Assembly: GCA_943704415.1 (NCBI GenBank)
Contig: CALSCO010000043.1
Location: forward strand, 1-64,000
Direction of reading: 5' to 3'
Length of the DNA stretch: 64,000 nt
From: Parvularia atlantis
Lineage: Eukaryota
Below, one piece after another: positions 47,185 through 57,259 of the stretch (positions within the stretch are counted from its first letter, which is position 1; each line of letters begins with the position of its first letter). The notes beneath the pieces were generated by a model. It saw nothing but the letters and a program-made list of their open reading frames with translations. It made no database searches and was not told the origin of the DNA. Position numbers and translations under genes: made by a program.

Positions 47185-48636
47185 TCAGGCGATGGACTTG
47201 TTGACGTTCGTAAACCCGACGCCGAGGCACTTGAGCAGCACCGTCTGGTTGCTCGGGTCGGTCGAGACCTTAAACGTGATGCCGAAGAACGTCTTAAGGT
47301 CGCGCAGGTACTGGATGCTGTGTCGCGCGGCCCGCGTGAGCCACAGCATGCGCATGCGCGGCACGGGCACGCACGAGGGCTCGGTCAGCTTGCCGAAGCG
47401 GATCTTGGACACGTCCTCGGGGCTCAGCGTCATCAGCAGCAGGTGCATCGCCTGGTTGAACACGTCCGTGCACCCGCCCTGGTGCAGACGTCAACGCTGC
47501 ACCTCCTCGCGTCCACCCGCACCTTGCTGATCTCGTACAGCAGCTGCTTGGCCGCCATGCGCCCGACGTCCTCCGGCGTCTCGCCGGCCTGGGCCGTGCA
47601 CTCGGTGCTGATGAGCACGCCTGTCGTCGACTCGGCCACGAGGCACACGCCAAACCCGGGCGACCTGTACGCCACGCCGCGTCAGCGCCACGCCCCGCGT
47701 CCCTTGTGCCGCGCACGCACTTGCCAGACTCGGCGCCCTTGTAGTGGTCCGTGTAGATGAACACGTCGGGGATGTATTGGTTGAGCAGGGCGCGCGCCGA
47801 GTCGACGAGCCGGTTGGCCGTCTGTGGCGACACGCGCGTCGAGTAGGCGATGCCGCTGCGTCCGCGCTCAGCCCTCACGCGCCCGCATGACCGGCAGCCA
47901 CGCACCGTATCCTCTTGATCCGCCCCTCGTCGACAAAGTCGATCGGCTTGAGCGCGCGAACGGGCGCGCAGCGGAACATGACCATGCCGCCGCCGTCGGG
48001 CGGCGCGCCGCGCTTTGTGATCTGCGCCACCGCGCGTGAGCCACACACGCCCGCCGGGCGCCCGCGCGCGCACCTTGAGCTCGAGGTCGCTCTCGATGCC
48101 GAACTTGGTCAGCTGCGGCAGGGTCACGGTGCGGAAGTGGTCGACGCTGAGGTCTGTCGCGTCGTTGGTGATGCCCGTCAGCGTCAGCACGAACGGCTTC
48201 TTGCTGAACGGCGCGAGCTGGATCATCGGCTCGAGAAAGTACCCTGGGCGGCGCCGCGCGTCTCAGCCGCGCACGGCACGGCCGGCTGCTCCCGCACCGA
48301 TCGCGCGCGCCGTGCCGCAGTCGTGCTCGACCTTGCCGCCGACGACGACGCCCGGGCGGAACGTGAGCGTGGTGCCGGTGTAGCTGATCTCGACGCCCGT
48401 GCCGTTCGTGACCTTCTCGATCAGGCGGAGCAGGCTCGCCTCGTAGTCTTGCGAGACGCCGCGCTCTGAATCAGCACAGCACCGCTGATCGACCGTCCAC
48501 CGCACGCACCGCGCAGGCCCGGATCGTCGTCGCTCGAGCGGATGTGCGTCACGCGCACCGGCCGCGCGCTCAGCAGCGACAGCACCAGCCGCTGCCGCAG
48601 CGCCCCGGCGCCTTCGCACGCCACAAGCGACGCCAT
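47185..48636 (-). CDS. RCL1: RNA 3'-terminal phosphate cyclase-like protein (18S rRNA biogenesis)
   Basis: LRQRLVLSLLS..IRSSDDDPGLR|DYEASLLRLIEKVTNG; YSTRVSPQTANR; PDVFIYTDHYKG; LKCLGVGFTNVNK. Confidence 0.95.
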
Positions 48637-48889
48637 CCAGCCGCCGCGCCACGTGGCGGTCGAACCTCAAGATCAGTGACGCTTCGACAGTCGAGCGCAT
48701 CAACTACCATGACAGCTAACCGCTTCGCGACGGCGCTGTTGCTAGGCGGGTTGTTGTGGCATGCCACAAGACCGTGCTGATGCGGCGCGCGGCGGGCGGC
48801 GGGCGGCGGCAGAGGCTGTGGAGCAGCGGCGAGGGCGTGCGGCGCGACGGGCCGTCGCGGGGGCGATCCGCGGGCGCGAGGACGAGGCG

Positions 48890-50467
48890 ATGAGCGATGT
48901 CACGGCGCTGTTGCGGGTCGGCGCCACGAACGACGACGACGAGCACCAGCACCAGCACGACGACCCGGCCGCGCTCGACCTGTTCCCGGACGTGGGGCTC
49001 GTGCCGGACGCGCCACGCGACGCTGAGCTGCCAGCCGCCGTCGATGCGGACGACGAGGGCGACGACGATCAGCACGACGACGTCGCGGCGCAGCTCGAGC
49101 GCTGCTGGGCCGTTGCGTGCGCCGTCGGCCTTGTGCGGCGCGTGCTCACTGCTGTGTTGTGCAGGACGTCGAGGCGCAGGCGGACGACGCGGCGATCGAT
49201 GCAGCGTGCGCCGTGCTCGCGCGCCTCAGCCGACGGCGCCGGCTCGTTGACGACGGCGCCGCGTACGCCGCGCTGCTGCGCCTCGCTGCGTCGTTCTGCG
49301 ACCGTGTGCGCTTCGAGACCGTGCGCGTGCTGCTGCGCCTCGCGCGGCCGGCATCGACGGTGCCGCCCGACGACGCGACCGTCGCGGCGTGGTCGTCGGC
49401 GCTGTGCAGGTGCGTCGCATGTCGCGTGTCGCTCAGACCTGACCGCGCTGCCACGACGCAGTGCCGCTGCCGACGCGCACGTCTGGCTCGGCCGCGCCGC
49501 AACGCACACGATGCGCAGCGAGTGGCGGCAGCTGACGCACGGCGAGCTCGACGCGCTGCTGGAGCACTGCCACGCCGCCGCGGCCGCCTCCTCCGCCCAC
49601 CCGCCCGACGACGACGCGCGGCTCAGCGGCACGTCGCGCGCGCACAGCGCTCACGACCGCTAACGGACACGGCGCAGGGCTCCGCGCGTGGCTCGATGTG
49701 ACGATCAGTGCCGCGCTCGGCAGCGCCGCGTTCTGCCGGCTGTCGACGCGCAGCCCCAAGGACGCCGTGTTCGAGAGCGCCGCGTACGACGCGTGGCTCG
49801 CCGACGAGACAGTGCGGTGGACGGCGCAGCACGGCGCGCCCGGTGCGTCCGCGCCCGGTTGTTGATTGCTGCCCGTCTGACCTCGCGCCGGCTCGCAGCG
49901 ACGTCGTTCACGCGCGCTGCCGTGCAGCACCTCGCGGCGCGCCACGGGCTGGCCGTCCACGGCGCCGCTGACGTGCTGCGGCTGCTGACGCGCTCGCGGC
50001 GAGTCGCATGGGACCTCGAAGAGACGTGGCGGCTGCGGCGCGCCGACGACGGGCTCGCGACCGACGTGCACGTCGTGCTGCGCGAGCTGCGCGCCGAGCC
50101 GCTGATCGACCGCGAGCTGCGCGCGTTCGTGCGCGGCGGGCGCGTCACGGCCGTCGGCCAGACTTTCGCCGCGTGCTACTTCCCCTGGGTGCGGCCGGAC
50201 GAGTGGGCCGAGTGCATGCGCGCCGCACGCCGCTTCTGCGAGACGCTTCTGTACGCCGGCGACGTGCTCCCGCTGCGCGACTGCGTCCTTGACCTCGCCG
50301 TACTGCCCGACCGCGTGCTGCTGATCGAGGTCAACGCGTTCGGCGGCGTGCTCGGCGGCGCGCTGTTCAGCTGGGAGCGCGACCGCGACCGGCTGTACTG
50401 CGGCCCGCCGCAGGGGCGCTACGTGGCCGACGCCGACGGCGCCGTGGGCTTCGTGGACGACCTCTGA
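48890..50467 (+). CDS. Cdc123/D123-like ATP-grasp protein with N-terminal extension
   Basis: FCRLSTRSPKDA, LLTRSRRV..DL, ELRAFVRGGRVTAVGQ, CVLDL, LLIEVNAFG..GGALFSWERD. Confidence 0.8.
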
Positions 50468-50505
50468 GCCCGTGTGCTGTACATAACCTTCAACGCTTGA
50501 CCGCT

Positions 50506-52699
50506 TCACAGGCGCTTGGGCTCGTACTTGGGCGCGGCGAAGCGCACGCCACCGATGCGCTTGGCCACTGGCGCGGGGCGCAGGGTGGCCGTCAGCGCAC
50601 GTCAAGCGCGCGCGCGTGCGCACGCGGCCCACGCACCGGCGCGGTAGACCTCGCCACGCTGCCGCCGCACGTCGTCCACGCGCGACGCGGTCTTCTTGAG
50701 GCGCGCGTAGTCCTTCTCGGTCGAGGTGTAAGACGTGAACGGCGACCACTTCCCCGGCTTGTGCAGCACCGAGTAGACGTCGCGGGCCATGCGGAGCGCG
50801 TCGCGGGCGTGCTCTAGATCCGACTGGTACGCGGCCTGGGGGTCGCGCGCCGCTGCCTCCTCGGCCGTGCGCTCCGTCTTGAACGGAATCGCCTTTTTGA
50901 ACTTGAGCCGTGCGGCCAGGTCGTCCATGGCCGGCGCGGTAAACGCGCGGGCGCGCAGGCGCGCCGCTTCTTCGGCGTCGATCATCCGGCTGGCGAGACG
51001 CCGCAGGCGCTGGTCCTCGACCTCGCGCACATCCTCCGTGTGCAGCTCGTGTGCCAGCGCCGAGCTCCGCTTGCGCGCCTGCACCCACAGCTTGGCGTCG
51101 CGGTAAAAATCGATGATGTCGATCTTGGTGCTCTTGACGGCGCGCATTGGGCCCTGACGCAGCTGGCCGCCTGCTCGACCGCGTCACACATGCATGTCAG
51201 TGAAGCAGGTGGGCGGGAGCGAGCCGCTCCGTCCGCACGCACTCTCGGCGTCAAAGTTCTTGCGCGTAAACTCGGTCAGGTACTGCTCCAGGACCTCCTT
51301 GCGCGGCTGGAAGACGGGCTCGTCGTCGACCATAGTCCACTTGCTCTCGGTTTTGCGCTCGGCCTTGGCGAGGATGGGGCCGGGCCAGACCAGCTCGCGC
51401 ATCGCCTCGTCGTCGCTCGAGTCCGCGTGGACGTCGAGCGGGTGGAAGCCTGCGCCGCGGTTGCCAGCCGTTAGGCACATGCGCGCGCGCGGCGCGGGCC
51501 ACACGCACGCTTGCGTTTCGGGCCGACCTCGCCGCGCCGCTTGCGCTCCATGTACGCGCGGTGCCGCTGCGCGCGGCGCGCGTCCTGGTGGTAGATGTTG
51601 GTCGCGGGGACGTACAGCTCGTGCTGCAGCTCAAGGCCGTGACGGAGCGCCACGGCGCGCTCCTGCTTCTCCGAGACAGTCCTGTGTGCGTTATCAGGGC
51701 GCGCCCGCGATCCGCATGCGCTGACGGACGCACTTGGCCTTCATCGCGATCTGCACGGCGTGGTCGTACGCCTCGCCCACACTGAAGCCCTTGAGCCTGA
51801 GCAGGTGGCCGGCCTCGCTGACACTGGCTCGCGAGCGCACGCGCGCGCGCGCCCGTCAGCGCGCACAACGGACAAACGGGCGCCCGTCGACGCACGTGCT
51901 CACGAGGTGCGCCGCGACCGACAGGCGGTTGGCCGGGCGCAGCGAGCCCTCGGCCGGGATGGGATGCTCGGAGAGCAGACTCGACTGGTCAAAGTCGAAC
52001 GGCCGCTTGCCGTGCCTGCGCGTCTTGCGCCGTCCCGGCATGTTGGGGTAGGGGAAGCCCTCGTCCTCCTCGCTGTCGACGACCTCGAGCTCGGCAAAGT
52101 CGTCGTCCTCATCCTCCTCGCGCTCGCGCGCATCTGCGATCGTCTCGGAGCCCGTCGCCAGGCTGGCCTCGTCGGGCTGCTCCTCCTCGCTAGGCTTGCC
52201 TTTCTTGTAGTGCTGGCGCCGCTTCTGGCGCTGCTGCAGTTCCTCCGTTTCGTCGTCGCCGCGCGTCGGCAGCGACCGGATCTTGTCGTTGGCGAAACGG
52301 TCGAGGGCGCGCTCAAACTTCTCGTCCGCCGCGGCGTTCCAGATGAGCTCCTTGATCGGCGGGTCCTCCTCGAACGCGTTCATCACCACCATGCCGTGCT
52401 CGGCAAAGCGCGCGGCCTCGTCGGGCCGCCAGTTGATGTCGCGGTCGCTGCCGTCGTCGGGCTCGCTGTCGAACACGTCCACGTGCTCCTTGGCCATGAC
52501 CTTGCGCGACTCGTCCTTGAGCGACTCATCGCTGGAGCGGAAGTCGAGCAGCGTGTTGTGGAGGTCGTAAAGCTGGAGCAGCCGCGGTATTTCTTGTGAC
52601 TCGTTCAAGTACTTCTCGAACTCCTTCTTCGTGAACGGCTCGTCGTCTTCGCCCTGCGCGTCCCCGCCCTCAGCCGCCGCGTCCTGCACCGGCGCCTCT

Positions 52700-52731
<32 letters not shown>

Positions 52732-54475
52732 CTCGCCATCCTGGCCGTCGCGGAGCGACTGCTGCTGCGCCGTCACCGACGCCTTCTCTGCGTCCGAGGC
52801 CCTCTGCAGCTGCGCTTTGTTAAATGCGAAGACTTCGCTGGCGTTAAGCGGGTTCAGGACGTTGACGAGCCACTGGATGCCCTCGGCAGTCGTCTTTATC
52901 TCGCGCAGCTCATCCTGGTCCATTGCGGCCTTCTCGGCGTCGCTGTCGTCGGTGGTGCTGCTGTTGGTGTCGCTGACGTCGGTGTCGCTGACGTCGGTGT
53001 CGCCGCTGCCACTGGTGCTGCTGTCGGTGTCGCTGCTGGCACTGGTGCTGCTGCCGCTGGCATGCTCTGCGGCATTGCCACCCTGGCCGGGCTCGTTGAG
53101 CTTGCTCTCGAGCAGGGTCTCCCAGACCTTAGACGGCTTGCCGGTGAGCTTTTCGCCCAACTCGATGGCCAGTGCCCGTTCCACCTGCTTGAGCAGGGCG
53201 TTGAGGCGCAGTTTCTCGAACTCTTGCTCCTCCGCTGTAACAGACAAAACCTGGACCATGCTGGCGGTTGTCTCGACAACATCCTTCCCGACGGCGAGCT
53301 CGTCGCGCACGGCCGGGTACAGGGCACGCAGGGCACCGTCGCCCATGCTCGCGTTGACTGCCAGCGGCTCAAGCGCCTCGGTCAGGGCGTCGCTGTAGGG
53401 CCCCTCCTGCGCCTCGAGCTGCGCGAGCTGCTTGCGCTTCTCGTTGGCCACGCGTTGGCGCGCCTTCTTGTCCTTTGGCTCGTTGGCAGTGTCGTCGTCG
53501 TTGTCCAGCACGTAGTCCAGCGGCAGGGCTGCGATCACGCGCTGGCTGCCCCTGATGGTCTCGCCGTCGCGCTCGGGATGCTCGCCCCCCGTGCTCGCGG
53601 CGTCGGTCGCACGCGCGATGTCGTTCGCACTGCCACGGTAGTCGACTGTGTGCACTTCGCCCTCGTACTCGTTCGCCAGTTCGCCCTCGACGACAGCTGC
53701 AGCCTCAGGCGTCTTCGTCGTGGCTGACGTCCGCTTGTCCTTCTTCTCGTCCCAGCGCGCGGGCGACGCGGTCGAGAACGTGCGGCGCGGGGTCTTGGCT
53801 GCGGCCGACGCTGTCCGTGCGCCGGCGGCGGTGCCCCGCTGCGGCGCCGTGCTGCCGCTGCTGCTCATGAAGCTCGGGCGCGGCGCGACGGGCGCGGCTG
53901 GCTCGGCGGGCGGGGCCGGTGCTGCCGTCTGCCCGGCCGAGGCCCCCGCGATCTCGCCCACGTCCGCCGTGTCCTCCTCGATGATCGTGCGTATCACGTC
54001 GTCGTTGCGGCCCGGCGCCGTGAGCGTCGTGAAGACGTTGTCGCGCTGCAGCTCGCGGTGGCGCCGGTACACGGCCTCGATCTGCTCGCGCGAAAAGCCG
54101 AGCATGTAGAGCGTCTCGCGCGGGAGCGGCGGCGCGGCCACGCGTGACGGCTCGTGGCGGAACTCGGACGCGACGACGATGGGCTGCGCGATGCTGCGCA
54201 CGTGACCGTCCGTCAGCGCCCGGAACACACGCGGAAAAAGGCAGAGCGGGAGGAAAGACGAGCGCGCGCGGCGAAGGCGGAAGGCAGGCGGGGGGCCCGG
54301 GGCACACGCACCGACGCATGAGGCGCTCGGCCGTGCGGCGCGGCGGCGGCGGCACGGGCGGGAAGCGCTCGACGGCGTCCATCCAGCGTGGGCGCTCGAG
54401 CACGTCGGCGCGCACCAGCCCGCGCACGCTGGGCAGCAGGCGCCCGGCGCTGCGCCACACGCCGCGGCGCGTCAT
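50506..54475 (-). CDS. Mitoribosomal protein mS23 (Rsm25/MRPS23)-like protein with very large acidic insertion and C-terminal extension
   Basis: N-terminus [25 protein letters not shown] resembles mS23; exons join in frame through a 2.3 kb exon to GFSVGEAYDHAV and on to YEPKRL*. Confidence 0.55.
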
Positions 54476-54625
54476 CGGTGTCGCGGCCGCGCGGTGGTGG
54501 CGGGGTGGTGGTGGTCGGGCGCGGCGCGGTGCGGTGCGGCGGGCCCGGGCGAACGAGAAGGAGCGAAAGAGACAGATCGCACGGCGTACATCACACTGCA
54601 CGTCGAGTCACGTGCCGTGCCGCAT

Positions 54626-56686
54626 TCACAGACGAGCCGAGAGCGGCTGCGGCGGCCAGGGCGCGCGCGGCGGCGGGTGGGCGGCCTCGATCTGCTTGGC
54701 GAGCATGAGCACGACGTCGTCGCGGTGGCGCTCGCCCACGATCTGTACCGCGACCTGCAGTCACGACCGCGCGCGTGAGCCGCGCGCCATCGGCAGCACT
54801 GATCGCGCGCACCGGCAGACCCGCCGCCGACGTGCCCACGCGCACGACCGCGGCCGGGTGACCCGAGAAATTGAACGGGAACATGAAGCCGGCGACGTGC
54901 CACGGCTGGTTGAAGTCATCGCCGTCGGCAAACTTGCGCGGCGCCGGGCCCGCGGCCGCGAACGGGTCCACGGGCATCGCGGGCGTGACAAGCACGTCGT
55001 GGTCGCGGAACAGCGCCGTCAGCGCCGTGTTGAGCTCAAACACGCGGCGCATGAGCGCGCCCACGTCCGACGTCGTCGTGTCCTTGACCAGTGCCATGCC
55101 CTTGAGGTACGCCGGCTCAACCTGGTCCTCGTGCCCGCGGATCGCCTCCTCGACCATCGCGAGCTCCTGCGCGCGCAAGCGTGAGCACGATCGCCGTCCG
55201 GCTGTGACGGACAGCACGGGCGGCGCACCTGCGCGCCCATGTTGATGAGCCACTCGAGGCCGAGGTCCGGCAGCTCGAGGTCGACGCGCGCGACCTTGTG
55301 GCCGCGCTTGGTGAAGCTCGCGAGGCCCTGCTCCACGACCGCCGCAATGTCGCGCTGCACTTTGATGGCTGCGGCCCGCACAGGTGAGCCACGGGCGAGC
55401 GGCGCGCCGCACACGCCGCACCGCCCAGGTCCGGGCTGAACGCGACCTTGAGCGCGGGCAGGGCCTCGGCGGCGCGGACGCGCTCGCGGAACGAGTACGG
55501 CGGCAGCGGCAGCGACGTCTTGGCGCACGGCTCGTTAGGCGCGAGCGCGCAGGCGGCTTGTGCGCACCGGGTCGCTTGGGTGGTAGCCGGCCGTGAGGTC
55601 CAGGAAGAGCGCCGCGTCGTCCACCGTGCGCGTGAGCGGGCCAAAGTGCACACAGCGCAGCCACTTGAACATGCCGAACTCGTGCGCCTCATTCTCTGCA
55701 AGGCGCAGCCAGTGAGCGCACGGGGCATGAACGACAAGGCACGCACCGGGGATGCGGCCAAAGGTCGGCTTGAGGCCAAAGCAGCCGACGAACGCGGCCG
55801 GGATGCGGATGCTGCCGCCGCCGTCCGCGCTTGTCACGAGCGGCACAAGACCTCTGCGCACGCGTGGTCATTCGCATACTCGCGCGTCAGCAACGCCGCG
55901 CACGCACCCAGCCAGCGCGGCCGACGAGCCGCCGCTTGATCCGCCTGCCGCATGCGCGTCAGCCTGGGCGACCGCGAGCGTGACACGGCGCGCGCACCGG
56001 GTGTGCGGCGCAGGTCCCACGGGTTGCGCGTCGGTCCGAACGGCACCTGCGCAGCACACGCCCCGTCAGTGCACCGCCCCGCACACACACACGCGCGCGC
56101 GCGCACGTTGTTGGTGTGCGCCTGCGAGCCGAAGATGGGCGTGTTGGTCTTGCCGACGACGATAGCGCCAGCGGCGCGCAGCCGCGCGACCTGCACCGAG
56201 TCCTTGGTCGCCGGGCGACCTGCGCGCGCAAAGAGCTCGCAACCGTACGACGTCGGCAGGCCCTCCGCGTCCTCCAGGTCCTTCACGCCCAGCGGGATGC
56301 CGGCCTGGACGGGGGCCCCGTCGTGAGCGCGCACGCACGCGCCGCCGATGTGCACGCACGAGCACGCCCAGCTGCTCGCCGCGACGCTGCACCTCGGTCT
56401 GCTGGCGCGCCTCGGCCAGCGCGCTGCTCACGACGAGCGTGAGCAGGACGGGCCAACACGGCACTGGTACACGTCGCACCGCTGCTCGCAGAGGAACACG
56501 AACGCGTTGAGTGCGCCGTTGCGCTCGCGGATGCGCTCTGCCGCGACCGTGACGGCGATGCGGTCGATGAGCGCGCACACGGCACGAGGTCGCGCCCGCC
56601 GCACCGAAGCACGCCTCGACCACGGCCAACGGCGTCACCTGCGCCGTCGCCACGAGGCGGCTCAGCTCGAGCACGCTCAGGTCCAT
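54626..56686 (-). CDS. Amidase signature family enzyme, C-terminal PTS1-like ARL
   Basis: [66 protein letters not shown]; ends LSARL*. Confidence 0.93.
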
Positions 56687-57259
56687 CCTGCGCGCCACAC
56701 GGCGGGGCGCGGCGTGTGGGTGTGCAGTGCACGGGAGGGGCGCGATCGCGCGACAACTTACAGGTGCGGCGGCATGGCGTGCGAGCGAAGTGATGTGGTC
56801 AAGCACTCGCTAACTCTCTGCCGCCGCGCTAGCCTTGCTCGGGCCGACGCAGGACGATCGCAGTGCCTGCAGGGTCCTGCCAGTGTGACTACGCGCCCGG
56901 AGGATCGTCGTCCTCCGCGTCTGCGGCCCCCTTCTCTGATGTAGTTGCGGACAAGTTTGTCGGGGTCGCTCGTGGCTGGGCCGTGACTTGATCGTTTCCG
57001 CTTTCGTTCAAGCTGTCTTCAAGTTGGACTTCTCATGCTTGACCCTGAATTGAACGCGAGGCTGAACTGCCAACAGCAGCAAGCGTACAGCCGGCGATCC
57101 GGCTACGCTGCGCCACCGAGCCGCGCACGAGCAGCAAGAGCACACGAGCTAGCCTGGGCACAAGTTCCACTCGGATGCCACTCGATATGCCCGACGCAGC
57201 GTGTGATTGGTCGACGTCGATCAGCAAACGCCGGCCACGCTGTCATTTACCGCCTCCAG

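Noticed and set aside
56760..57250. Lower-GC stretch as a possible ncRNA or tRNA
   Set aside because: No tRNA boxes, Sm site or snoRNA structure recognised; it fits a divergent promoter. An Infernal/Rfam scan would settle it.
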